DNA of 64,000 nt, from NCBI GenBank assembly GCA_951406725.2, contig OX597823.1:24366001-24430000 (forward strand). The letters run 5' to 3'. The DNA is from Octopus vulgaris. Lineage: Eukaryota. Positions 1-12,630 of this stretch are shown here, one piece after another (the stretch's first letter is position 1; each line of letters begins with the position of its first letter). Below the pieces are notes generated by a model. The model made no database searches and was not told the origin of the DNA. It saw only the letters and a list, made by a program, of their open reading frames with translations. Both the position numbers and the translations under genes were made by a program.

Positions 1-1155
1 TTACATGAAAGTACAGAGCATCCCTAAGAATATCAGTGCTCTTTCCCCTCCACTAATCTTCTATATATTGCTAGAGTGCAATGCCCATCAATTCCATTAC
101 CTAAGTCAGGTTTGACCCTTTGACCCTGTATGCATAAGATCACATTATATAATCTGGCCTTCCCTTTTTAAGATTGTGGAGAGTGATTGAGAGAGATTTT
201 GTTAATATATCTAACAAGATGGGCATCTACATTGTAGGCTTTCACTGTCGCTGTTTCATGGTAACTGTTGAACTTAATATCGGTTTCAAATTATGGCACA
301 AGGACAGCAAGTTTAGGGAGGAGGCAGATTTGATTACATCAAGCCCAGTGCTCAACAGTTATTTATTTTATTAACCTCGAAAGGATGAGAAGCAAAACCA
401 ACCTTGGCAGTATTTAAATTCAGAATGTAAGGATGGACAAAATGCTGATATTTTTCCCTCATCACCTAAAATGTTGAACTTAATATATTTAGTTACATTT
501 TGGGTTCAAATCTCATCAGGATGTATTTTACATTTCATACTGCTAAGGTTGATTAAACAAGTACTATTCAAGTATTGAGGTTCATATATTGTCATGTATC
601 CTCACTGTAGAATCTGAGGTTTTGTGCCGTGATGGGTTGAGTAATCCAATGGTTCCCAAAGTGGGTAGTACTGTCCACTTGGGGGCAGTGGAAAGATCCA
701 AGGGGGTGTTGAAGAAAAGTGGGAGGATAATAGGATGGCCAAAATCAGGTGATAAAAAAAATATTAATAGGTTAATTAGGTTTAAGTTTTATTTGTTAAA
801 CACAGTTGTTTTGAATCTGCTGCTGAAAGTGGTCTATATTTGCGATGGGAATATGGCCTGGGTGCCAAGGAGGTGCCAGCCTGAGAAAGTTTGGGAACTA
901 CAGGACTAATCAACAGAGCATCAGATAAAAAATGTTTTGTGGCATTTGTTCTGGCTCTTTAACTTCTGAGTTCAAATTTGGTTGGTGTCAACTCTAACTT
1001 TCCAGGGCCAATAAAATAAAATACTAGTCAATTATAGAGGCCGGTTTAATCAATTAACCCCTAGCTCAAATTTTTGTCCTTTTTGTTTTCCATGTTAGAA
1101 ATTATTATTACTGTTAATGTTGTTTCCATTTGTCTAAATTTTTATTTAATTCTAG

Positions 1156-1395
1156 TTGCTCAGATCCATTTTGTGAAAGTAAAAGGTGCAGCTCTGGATA
1201 TAGCAGGGAAATCATTGTGGAAAGAGAAAAAAGTAACACCAGAAGCCTGTGCAAATGAATGTCTGACTGATAAAAAATGTTTATCATTTGAAATAAAGAA
1301 AAAAAGTGGGAAATGTTACTTGTCAAAAGAAACTGCAGCTACCTCTAAGGAAATTAAATCAGACAACAGCAGAGATTACTACCAAAAAGTAAAAC
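1156..1395 (+). CDS. Exon A1: PAN/apple domain type A (AQIHFVKVKGAALD...CANECLTDKKCLSFEIKKKSGKCYLS...DYYQKVK)
   Basis: Acceptor ttctag|, donor |gtaata, 240 nt. 4-Cys PAN pattern CxxxC-x5-C-SF-x-C-YL and C-terminal DYY. Three paralogs of identical length. Confidence 0.9.
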
Positions 1396-1889
1396 GTAAT
1401 AATTCTTTGTGTTTTGTCATTGGAATTCTCTTTTCCTTTTTTTATTCATGAAATTTGTGATTCTATTTGTACTTCATTGTATATAGACAACTATTTCTGT
1501 AAAAGTATTGACAGGTTTACCTATGAGGACAGTTATAGAAATTTTGATGAAAAAGGTGTTATCATGAAAATATTGTTTGGGCATTTTCACACAAAATTGG
1601 TTCACATTGAACACTATTATGCATGTTTTCAGTTTTTTTCTGTGTAAGAAAGGAGACTCTTGTTCTTTTTCTTAAACCTGAGCAGCAGCAATGGCAGCAG
1701 CAGCGGCGGTGGTGAAGGAGGTGGTGGTGGTGGTGGTAGTAGTAAGAATAATTTCAAATTTTGGCAGAAGGCCAACAGTTTTAAGGCAACAGTGTTTATT
1801 TATACCACCGTCCACTGTTCTTGACTGGTATTATGTTGTATTTACACCAGAAGGACAAAAAGCAGTTTTCCCTGACAGAGTTTAAAACA

Positions 1890-2500
1890 TCTAGGGTCTT
1901 CCACTGTGTGCTTCAACCTTCCAGAGTTTAACAAACATCTTCAGCAGTATTAATTCTTGTGGAAGGATGTGAGGAGGCATGATATGACCTTCATTGCCAC
2001 TCCTAAAACTATTACTGCTGCTGAAAAATTAGTGACCATCAATTTACGGACATCAGTAAAATCTTTACTTAACTGTCATTTGTTGATGAGGTAGTCTGCA
2101 AAAGGGTTGTCATAAAATCAGTTTTTTCTATTCATCAGTTATTCCACTTTGCAAAACTAGTTTTAAAGCTTAAATATTCTATCACATGCACTGACTACCT
2201 AAATTACCTAATCAACCCACGTCTTAGCAAGAAGTATGCACACACTATCAACCCCATGACTGTTTCCTACCCAGAAGATTTTATACCTATGCTCTTTGAC
2301 TGTGAGGAACCTGGCAGAACCTCATCTCCACCTTACTTCTTGGATACAACACACATCTGCATGCCTCCTTTCAAGTTTCTCATCAATCTCACCAGGCCTA
2401 CCTTTCAGTGTGCTCACATGAAATGTGCCAACTCTAACGGTGTGGAAGGTGTAGGCAGGATCCACTTTCTGTAGAAGGGATGTCCAGGTGCTCTATTTGC
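1890..2500 (-). mobile_element. Degenerate RTE-clade LINE, N-terminal AP-endonuclease fragment
   Basis: Minus-strand translation RVGTFHVSTLKG..GEIDEKLERRHADVCCIQEVRWR and WVD.VI.VV..CDRI, with stops and frameshifts. Boundaries approximate. Confidence 0.7.
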
Positions 2501-3414
2501 TGTCAATACCCACCTAATGGAGGACTGGGTATGTTATGGTTGATGATGCACTGATGTGCACTGAGGCTACAGCATCTCCAGAAATTCCTCATTGCTATTT
2601 CTCAGATGTGTGTTTCCACAGATTACTTCTTTAATAGAACCTAGTCTATTCCAAAAGACTTTCTATCTGGGGCTCCATGGATAATTACCAGAAATTCCTG
2701 GCCTGACTGTGCTAGTAGGAGAACATTGGCTGTCCAGATAAATTCTACAGCCATGGAAGCACCATTAGTCAATTCTATTCATGCTGCATGTAAAACGATG
2801 AAACTACCCTGCATGCATTTTTCCTTTGCCCATGTAACAACTGACTTGTAGAGATAAGATTTGTATACCTGTTGTCATATGTAGGGCAGATCAAGCCATC
2901 AGTTATCAGCTATGTCCATTGTGAAGGTCATCCCACCACATACCTTTGCTCAGGAAAATCAGGCAGCCTTTATCTGTCTGGTGGTTTTGGCTAAGTAAAC
3001 TGTGTAGTGGACCAAATAAAATTTTAGCTGCCTTTTGCTTTGGCCAAGTTCTCCATTATTTCAAGTTTCACTTGAAAGGAAAACTGAACATGGAAAAGGA
3101 AATGTTACTTCCCAGCAAATTTTGAAAACTTGATGAGTGTGGCAGCTCTAAGCATGGACCTGTAGATTAAAGAAGGACCACTGAGAAAGGCACTTGCCTT
3201 AATGGTCAGGGTTACTGCAGTTTTATAAGGTTTCCACCAGTAACCCTCAGAGGCCTTTCTCCTTTTATAGAATCATTATTTGAATTTTTTTATTATCTGT
3301 TTTTGTGATTTTAATTTTTAGAAACTTTTTTGTGAAATCCCATATTGTATTATCCTATATTATTCTAAACTTTTGTTAAATTTTGGTGGTTAATGAAGAG
3401 ATATAATTATTATT

Positions 3415-4135
3415 ATTTAGGTTGCAAGTGGTAGAGTCATTAGCACACCTGACAAAATGTTTAGTAACATTTCCTCTGGATCTTTATGTTCTGAGTTCGA
3501 ATTTCACCAGTCAACTTTGCCATTCTTTGTTTTGTGGTCAATAAAATATGTACCAGCTAAGCCCTGTGGTCACTGAAATTGGCTTACCCACTCCCCATAA
3601 AATTTCAGGCTTTGTGTCTATAATACAAAGAAATATCATCATCATCATCACTACTGTTATTATTTATTTCTTTATTGCCCACAGGGGGCTAAACATAGAG
3701 GAGACAAACAAGGACAGACAAAGGGATTAAGTCAATCTTATCGAAGTCAGTGCATAACTGGTACTTATTTAATCAACTCCGAAAGGATGAAATGCAAGGT
3801 TGACCTCAGCAGAAATTAAACTCAGAATGTAATGGCAGGTGAAATACTGCTAAACATTTAGCCCGGCATGCTAACGATTCTGCCAGCTCGTCATCCTTAT
3901 TATTATTACAATTACTAAAGCAGTGAGCTAACAGAATCGTAAGCATGCCAGACAAAATGCTTAACAACATTTCATCTACCTTTGTGTTCTGAGTTGAAAT
4001 TCAACTGGTTAACTTTGCCTGTTGTCTTTTTGGGGTGAATAAAATAACTATTGGCTGGTCATTGGGTTCAGTGTAATTGATTAGCCATTTACCACAAAAG
4101 TTCAGGCCTTGTATTCATAGTAGAAAGAATTATTA
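3415..4135. mobile_element. Cluster of three tRNA-type SINE copies (+,-,+)
   Basis: Each matches the ttctgagttc(a/g)aat...aactttgcc core of the better-preserved copy at 57941, with (ATT)n tails. Confidence 0.75.
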
Positions 4136-4149
4136 TTACTATTACTGCT

Positions 4150-5130
4150 ACTAATATATTTGAATCTTGAGCATGTTCTGCTCCAGGCTTTGGCTGGAAT
4201 AAAACTTCAGTCTTCTTGATGCTGATAGGCAGTTCAAGTGCATGAGATGCCACAGCAAACCTGTCAGCCTTTTCCTGAATTCCTTCCAATGTGTCAGAAA
4301 TCAGAGCACAATCATCAGCAAACAGAAAGACTTGGTTTTTTTCTGTAATGTGAAACTTTGCCATTTTAGGTTTAATAGACCTCCTTCAATGCAAAACTAG
4401 AATTTTGCACCTTCATAGTAATCCCTGAAAGTATGTTAGAGCATCATTGAAAAAGAATGTGGTAAAAGCACTGGAGCTAAAACACGGCCCTGTCTGGTTC
4501 CTGTAACAACAGAAAATGAGTCTGAACATTGACTACCAGATATCACTGTCACCATCATTCCTTTATGCAGGAATACTATTGCACTTATTGTTTTATCAGG
4601 AAGACCAACTTTTCACAAAATTTTCAAGAGTGCCTCACAGTTCATTGTATCAAAAGCCTTGGCCAAATCGACAAAGACGATGTAAAGGGCAGTATTTTGT
4701 TCATATGCTTTCTCTTAAATTTGTTAGAGGTCAACTATACCTCTCCCAGCCCAAAACATACATTTAGATTCAGGGTATATGCTATTTATTACATGTTTAT
4801 TGATGCAGTTAAGGATCACCCTTACAAAAATTTTTCCAGTTAGGCACAAGCTTATTCCTCTGTGATTATCATATACACTCTTCTTTATCTTGTGTTTGTA
4901 CAAGTACATTATAGATGCATCTTTGAATTGTTAGGGAAAAGATTCAGTTTCTCAGATCAAACAGATCAATCTGAAAATTTCTTAGTAGTTGTCTGCCACC
5001 ACTCTTGTACACCTCTGTGGGAATACCATCTTGTCCAGGAGCTTTACCATTGGAAAGTTTTTTAATAGCAGTATTTATCTCTTCCTAGGAGGGATTTTCC
5101 ACAAGTTCCTCTGTTATGCAAGGGTTTTCA
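4150..5130 (-). mobile_element. Degenerate RTE/BovB-like LINE reverse transcriptase fragment
   Basis: Minus-strand ORF pieces DNHRGISL and LFADDCALI...KKTEVLFQP; internally deleted. Confidence 0.8.
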
Positions 5131-5149
5131 AAATTAAGATAAACTAAGT

Positions 5150-6342
5150 CTAAAATATACTCTCCTTCATTTTCTACAATGCTCTTCCATCTATCTAGTA
5201 GACTTTCAAGGCCCCTCTTACAAAATTCACTTACCCATGATAAAAAAATACTTCTCCAGTAATGTTCTGACCTTGTCTTCAGAATTCATATTTTTTTCCG
5301 TCCAAATGATTTTGAAGACTGCGGAATAAATGATTATCAGATGAGGTAATGTCCAACGAATATGGTGGGTAATTCATTGTTTCCCATTCAAACTGCTCCA
5401 GCCTTTGGAATGTCATCCTTGCTGTATAAGCATTTTCCTGGTGGAAGAACATCTTTCATCTTGAAACCAACGATAGTCATTTTCCTTCAAGCACTGACTT
5501 AAGCTGCTCATGGTAGATCTCCTTTGTTATCATTTCGTTTGGGTTTAAAATTTCAAAGTAGACTAAGCCTTTCATATCCCACCAAACAGATGACACCTTA
5601 CATGGGTGAAGACCTCCTTTAGCCTGGGATACTGGTGTTTTTCCTTTCCCTACCCATTGCCTTCAGCACTTGGATTTTTATAGAGAACCCATTTCTTGTC
5701 ACTAGTCACTATTCGGTCCAAAACAGTTTCATTCGTAAGACATGACAACAAAGAAGAGCACACATTCACTCTCTACATGCAGTTAAACTTAGAAAGTTTG
5801 TAAGAAACATATTGACCCAATTTGCTGACTTTTCCAATGGCATGTAGGTGTCGATGAATGGTTAAATGACCAAATCCAAGCATCTCTGCTAGTTCCTCAA
5901 CAGTTATGATGGGATTTTGTTCTACCAGGTTTTGCAGGACATCCTTGTTGAGCTCTACAGATCTTTCAGGATAAGGTTCATCTTCTAGGCTGTAGTTTCC
6001 AGCTTGGAATTTCTGGAACCACGGTAGACACTAGCTTACACTTATTGTCCAATCCCCATATACTGCATTAATATTTCTTGCACTTTCCATTGCATTATTG
6101 CCTTTATTGACCTCATAAAGCAAAATATGCTGAATATGCTCCTTTGTCACTTTCATTATAGCTTTGAAAAAATAACTGTTAAAATAGAACTGCACTCTTC
6201 AAAACTTGCACTAAAAACAAGTACAAGTTAAAATTAGTACCTGCTTTTATAGCAAATTGATGCAGGTAATTTATCCCATCCTCTTCCGACTTTTAGTTCA
6301 TGCAATTAAGAAAACTGCATTATTTATGGGATGACCCAATAT
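5150..6342 (-). mobile_element. Mariner-type (DD34D) transposon remnant
   Basis: Minus-strand remnants of T.D.KWVLY, WWDMKG and PYS.DI..SD.HLFRSLQNHL motifs. TIR-like end ttatgggatgacccaata near 6325-6342; the other TIR not seen. Confidence 0.75.
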
Positions 6343-6831
6343 TTAAAGGTATTGAGCTGGCACATTAGAACTCATAACATAAAGACCGATGAAATCCATT
6401 CTGAGTTCAAATTCTGCCAGGTTGACCTTGCCTTTCATCCTATTGGGCTTTTGTTTAACATTAAATGACCACAAGGACACTTCACATGCTGGTTGACCAT
6501 TGTTTAAATTATGTTTAGATTCTACAAAAGCACACCATTAGAAAAGGAATGTACAAATGGATTACATGCAACTTAAATCTTGAAACAAGGTTTCAAATGA
6601 GTCTGAGGATGTTCTACATTCACATGAACTCTAAGTTGTCATTTTGTGGATCAATTATTTGTTTATAATAAATTGCCAATCCATGCCAGCATGGAAAACA
6701 GTTATTAAAGAATGATAATGATGATAATGATACTCATTAAAATAAAATTATGCACCAGATACTGTATAAAATTTAATGTGTGTATGAGAGAGTATAAAAT
6801 GTACTTTTTATTTCCTTTCTATTTTTTCTAG

Positions 6832-7065
6832 CCTATGATGATCTTTTCACATTTAAAAAAACTTCTATACCAGAGAAGGATACATTAAAACGGCTGAAGA
6901 ACAAGAGCTTAAAGGACTGTTATAAAGCTTGTTATAAAAATTCAGAATGTCACTCTTTTGAGTATAATAAAAAAGCTAAGTTCTGTGATCAAAGTAATGC
7001 AACCCACTTGACTGATGACCTTCAACCCAATAAAAAGGGTTGGGATACTTACGTCTTTAACCCAG
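6832..7065 (+). CDS. Exon B1: PAN/apple domain type B (YDDLFTFKKTSIPEKDTLKRL...CYKACYKNSECHSFEYNKKAKFCDQS...WDTYVFNP)
   Basis: Polypyrimidine tract and ctag|, donor CAG|gtcagt, 234 nt, open in phase 1. Not in the ORF track in this frame; translated by hand. Confidence 0.9.
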
Positions 7066-8159
7066 GTCAGTAAAATGCTTTCACTTTATTTTTTGAGTGT
7101 GAATATGTATGTATATGTTCATGTGTATTTACATAAAGATATACCTGTTTATAATACACACATGCACATACACATACATATAGTTGTACATCAGTGCAAA
7201 GGGACCCTGTAGCTCATAGTCAACAGCTTGTTAGCATCTCACATACATGAGGCTTGGATAAAACAATCGAAGGAAAAACTAATCAATCAATAAGATTTAT
7301 TAATTTATTTTTATTACATTCACTTCATTCCATAAATAACTTTATGAAGTAATTTTGATAAGATGACAAATTCTGCACAACTTCAGGTTCAGTTGTCACT
7401 TACTTTACACAGTATATGATAAACATATGAATAATAAAAATGAGCTAATCCATTTAAGTACAACATGTTTCTGAAGCTATATTCACACTATAAGTGTAAT
7501 TACGTCATAATATTACTATCAAATAAAATTCTACATTATGTATTGATGTGGAATTGAAGTATATTCTGACACAATTGCACTTATATTTGAATTTTTGTTT
7601 TGCTTTACAAATATGTTGTACTTAACTGCATTTGATCATTATTATTGTTATCGATATGGTATTTCAGCCAGGGGAGTCTGGCAGAGTAAGTATCAAGCTT
7701 AAAAAGGGGTACTTGGTTGTGTTGTTATATGTATTTTGTGCATGTGCACATGACTGTGTGTGTGTATGGATAAATGTGTTTATATATATATATGTACCTA
7801 AACAAACCAACCATCATGTTCAGAATTCTTCTAAGGCTGGGGTCCTATACCATTCATGTGATACACTATTCAGGCTCACAACACATAACAATGCAGCACA
7901 ATTACTTCTCAGCAACAGACCCTGCTCTGTTTAATATTTTTCCTAAAACAAACCAAAGGAAAAAATATTGTAATCTTGAAACGGTGTCTGGACAAATTTC
8001 TTACTAAATAAGTCACCTGTAGCTGGATATATATCATTCAATGCCAACTCCCTAATTGAATTGGCTATGACACCACAAAAGTTAACTTAGAATCAGTTTA
8101 ACTGATTCTATCAGTTGGTGCTATTAAGTTACGCATGTGACAAAAGAGTAATTAATAGA

Positions 8160-8380
8160 CCTAATACAGTGACCAGGCTCCCAAATTGTCTTAAGTATTG
8201 TGATCAGAGCAATCAAGGATAGGAAGGTAGGAAAAGTAGCTGGCCCATCAGGAATCATTACTGTTATGCTTAAAATATCTGGTAAATTGGATTACAGGCT
8301 AGTTACTAAAGTAGTCACTCATGTAATACAGGAAAAATCATAAACAATGATTAGAGTAGCCTCAACTGCTACAAATGCAA
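8160..8380 (+). mobile_element. Short degenerate RTE LINE fragment
   Basis: GKVAGPSGII..MLKISG matches GKAPGPSGITAEMLKISG of the 35302..37902 ORF. Confidence 0.7.
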
Positions 8381-8468
8381 CAGTTTTAACATTGTCATAA
8401 TCTCCTCATAGTCACTCTCCTCGTAAAATACTCACACCATTGATGTCGATTTCTGTTTTCAATTCCAG

Positions 8469-8639
8469 TTAATGACAAAATAAACTGTGGACCACCAAGA
8501 GACATTGTTGGTGCATCAAAGTCCTACAGTTCCACCACCTACAGAGGTGAAGTGACTTACACATGTCCACATGGAGAGAAACTAAAGTCAAAATGTGGAA
8601 AGGACTATAAATGGACTTCAGTAAATTCTACATGTGAAG
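8469..8639 (+). CDS. Exon C1: sushi/CCP domain (NDKINCGPPRDIVGASKSYSSTTYRGEVTYTCPHGEKLKSKCGKDYKWTSVNSTCE)
   Basis: ttccag| ... G|gtaatg, 171 nt. C-G-x-P, Y-x-C, C, W, C sushi pattern. Translated by hand. Confidence 0.88.
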
Positions 8640-10188
8640 GTAATGCAAATAGCTTCTCTCTTTTTGTCTCTGTCTATGTAATTTTGTTTTATTTTTATGC
8701 TAAATGTCTTTTTCAGAGTAGGACTGGCTGATTCTATGGCAATTTCTGCAGTGATTGTGGGTGGTGGAAGGAAGGAAGGAAGGAAGCTTTCCTCAGATCA
8801 GAAACCTCTTCAAATGCTTGCAACAGAGTGTACATCATCGATTCTACCGAAGGGCCAGGTATTAAAATGGATGATGAATTAAGTCTGCCAACCAAATAAC
8901 CAAATAGGAGAAATACAGAAGTTTCTCCTTCCAGCAGGCCTCCACATAGCTTTCATCTACCAAATTTCATCCTTAGTTGTGGAGCAAATTTTTAACCACA
9001 TAAGCAAGACTCCACCCAGGACCACAGAGTTGTGAAGTAACCTTCTTAACCTCACAGTCATACTTGAAGGAGTCTATGTGTATTTTCTCTTGATTTCTCA
9101 CTTTTTCACCAGTACCATGTACTATCATCGAAAACTCTGTACAGTATAATGCTTCCCAGAATTCAGCAATCCTCTGAAATAGTCTTCTAATGCACTACTG
9201 ATTCTTTCAATCCACCATCCTTAATTATACTTTCTACCATAGACACAAGGCCTGAAATTTTACAGAAGGTACTAGTCGATTACCTCATCTCTAGTGCTTG
9301 ACTAGTATTTATTTCATTGACCCCAAAAGAATGAACAGCAAAATTAACCTTGGTGGAGTCTGAACTTGAAACATAAAAACAGATGAAATGCCACTAAACA
9401 TTTTGCCTACTGTGCTTATGTTTCTTCCAGCTCACTACTATAAATACAACTTATAATAATAATGGTTTTCCCTTTATTTACAAGGCCAGGAATTTTTGCT
9501 GGAAGGAGTATAATTCTTACTATTAACTTCAATATTAAGATGAAACTATATTTTATAAACCTCAAAATGGACAGGAGTCAAAGTTCACCTTTGTCAAATT
9601 TTAACTCAGAACATAAAGAACCTGAATACATAATGCAAAGGATTTCTGCCAATGTTCTAATGATTCTTTGGGTCAACAATCCTTAATTATAAAATTAATA
9701 ATGATGATTTCTTTTATTCCTCCCCAATGCCACAGTTTAGGTTGATGACAGAGAGACATATTTTGTGGTGGATTACAGAAAATATAAGTGCACGTGATAT
9801 ACACTTGGAAAAGATGATGTTACACTCCTGTTGATACAGGAATACTTCAAGTGCTACCAGTTGAAAGATCTGTATACTAGATGATAGCAAGATTCTGCAC
9901 CTGTCCCCCTTCACTGAAATGAGATGCCCACTTGCTAGATCAACTGGTAATCAGGTTTCACTCAATAGTCTTCTAGCCATTGGTCCTCATCTCTTTTTAA
10001 CCAAATCCAGCAGCTTGTATTTTCCTCTGCAGTTTGGATATCACTCATGGTGGTATTTGCTTAACGATGAGCTAGGCTTAATGATAACAACAGTTGCCTC
10101 ACACTGTGTCCAATGAATCCTCTACATCCAACTTTGATTGGAAAATACTCCACACTCCAGCTTGCATCTTCACATTCCTTGAGGACGT

Positions 10189-10192
<4 letters not shown>

Positions 10193-10240
<48 letters not shown>
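10193..10240. repeat. (TA)n microsatellite, representative of many (also ~10460, 10690, 22100, 23300, 23770, 25880, 59185, 60000, 60350)
   Basis: Direct reading. Confidence 0.95.
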
Positions 10241-10243
<3 letters not shown>

Positions 10244-10456
10244 CATGTGTATATATGTGTACATACAGATATGTATATATGTATGTGTATATACACACAC
10301 ACACACATAAATATATATATAGCCTATGGAGTGGTTAGTGTTAGGAAGGGCATCCATCCATCCATAAAAACCATGCTAAAACAGAAGCATGATGCAGGCG
10401 CCTCCTGTCAAACCATCAAACAATGCCAGTATGGGAGGAGGACATTAAACAATGAT

Positions 10457-10497
<41 letters not shown>

Positions 10498-10687
10498 GAT
10501 GTATGGTATGTATATGTTTGTGTGTATGTATACATACACACAATAACACATATATTTATGAGTAAAATTGTTTACAGTAGAAGAGAAGAAAGGTGATTTA
10601 GTAAGATATTAAAAAGTAAACAGACAGTAGTGGTAGTGGAAATTAAGATTGTGCGTAATATGATAGTCAGATAGTTTATCATTAGTA

Positions 10688-10740
<53 letters not shown>

Positions 10741-11383
10741 CAGAAGAAAGTTTAATGAGATGAGAGAAGAGTTTGCAGATATTGTTTTCATGAAGCATAG
10801 CAAGCAATATCAATGAAAAGAGAAACAAAATGAAAATAAAAATCATGATGAAAGAGAGGAAAACAGATCAAGGAAATAAAATTAATATGGGAGGAGGATA
10901 CTAAGCCATATAGATTAAACAAAACACAGTGAATATTTATCACAATAGGAAGAAACAGAGATACAAATCAAACTAAATAGTATTTAGAAATGTCTTACAA
11001 TAATTCTGCTTGTCATTGCATTACTTAACCTGTTGGTAACAGTTACACATGATTAAAGAAAAAGGAGATAGAAAAAGAAGATAAAGTGAAGAGTAAAACA
11101 GAAAGAGAGAGAAAGTAAAAGCGGGAGAGAGAAAAAACAGAGAGAGAAGCGTCCATGATAGGGGGAACATAATATTTATTATGTGGTTAAAAAGTTGAAG
11201 ATATTGATATAGAGGAGTGTTAGGAATATAATTTTAGCAGAAGGGTGATGTTCTGATGGTGAGATTAAAGAAAGGCAGAGAGAGGGGAGAGTGAGATGAT
11301 GGTGATGGTGGAGTTGGCAGTAGTGAAAAGTAATTTTAAAAAAAAATTGAACTAAGCTTTTTATATCACCTATCACTTTATAC

Positions 11384-12128
11384 ATGCACATTCCAATCTT
11401 GCCATTCGCTTTAGAAAGAAACCGGTTTCCTATTCATCTGTCATATGCAACGACTATCAATAAATCAAAAGGGCAGATATTTGATAAAGTGGGTTTGTTC
11501 ATACCTGAACCTGTATTTGGCTATGGTCAGCTATATGTTGCATTCTCAAGGGCTCACAAATTATCAGATATGACTGACAAACCAGGAAAAAGAAGAAGGA
11601 GAACTTACACAAAGAACATAGTCTGCAAAGAAGTATTGGACTGAAAGATGTAAGCAAATTGAAATGGGTATTGGCTTTGACCCATCCCCTTGACTTATAA
11701 GTTATCGACAGTGTTGTCTTCAGAGCATGCCATCCATGTTGCATTAAATTTTTACCCCTGTGAAATTGTGACTCCTATATTTTACATATAAAATATTTTT
11801 TTTTACGATAAAATTTTTGTTTTCTAGATATGAAATTGTGATCATGTAAATTTTAAAATGTAATTTTTTTCTGTTTATGGGGGAAATGGAAAAATAAGAG
11901 TAAATATTTATTTTATGAGTGTTGTGTATTAAGTCTATGAAATTATGCATAAATTATGTAAAGTATATATATGAAGTGCATTAAGTAATCATCGTATTCC
12001 AGTTTCCTTCACTTTTCAATGAAAAGCAGATGAGCGACTATCTTTTAATACAGATACAATACAAGCTATACTTTCAGGTATAACCCAACAGGTTTTCTTT
12101 TAATTCCATGAAATATAGGTCCTGCTAG
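11384..12128 (+). mobile_element. Helitron 3' portion with RepHel (Pif1-like) helicase C-terminal fragment
   Basis: FPIHLSYATTINKSKGQ..DKVG....EPVFGYGQLYVAFSR...TKNIV.KEVL are helicase motifs V/VI of Helitrons. Candidate 3' CTAG|T near 12125-12129. Confidence 0.8.
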
Positions 12129-12459
12129 TATAATTATAAATATAAGACAGGTATATACAAAAAAAAACACATCAATAATTCATACCAGAAATAGGGTTAA
12201 AATTTAAAAGATCAACATATAGGGAGTTTGCTGGAAAATCCAATTTCTGTGTGTCCTCAGTGTTTATTGTTCCTCCACATCTGCCACATACAGGACTAAT
12301 TTCTCTATTAACCTTGCAGTAATTCCACTGCACCTCTCATATGTCCATATGTTACACTGAGTACAGCATATGGAATGCCTACCAACACCTCTCCTACTTA
12401 TTTATCAGGGCACACACACATAATTTACATGCAACATTGATTTCTGTTTTGAATTTCAG

Positions 12460-12630
12460 CTTATAAAGACATTGACTGTGGAAATCCAAAAGACATTGCT
12501 GGTGCAGCAAACTCCTACGAAGCCACCACCTATAAATCTGAAGTGACCTATACTTGTCCAGAGGGAGAAAAAATAAAGTCAATATGTGAAAAGGACAACA
12601 AATGGACTCCAATTGTGGAAACCTGTGACG
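12460..12630 (+). CDS. Exon C2: sushi/CCP domain (YKDIDCGNPKDIAGAANSYEATTYKSEVTYTCPEGEKIKSICEKDNKWTPIVETCD)
   Basis: tttcag| ... G|gtaaca, 171 nt, 4 Cys + Trp. Confidence 0.88.

Noticed and set aside
1156-1163. Alternative CAG acceptor 8 nt inside A exons (A1, A2, A4)
   Set aside because: Would shift frame and is absent in A3; the upstream AG gives 240 nt in all four.
10061-10546. YIYIYI/CVCV ORFs here and at ~22-24 kb, 25.8 kb, 59-60 kb
   Set aside because: Translations of (TA)n/(CA)n microsatellites.
11384-11644. Host PIF1 helicase gene
   Set aside because: Only the C-terminal motifs, ending in the Helitron-typical TKNIV.KEVL, with no other helicase exons; a TE remnant.
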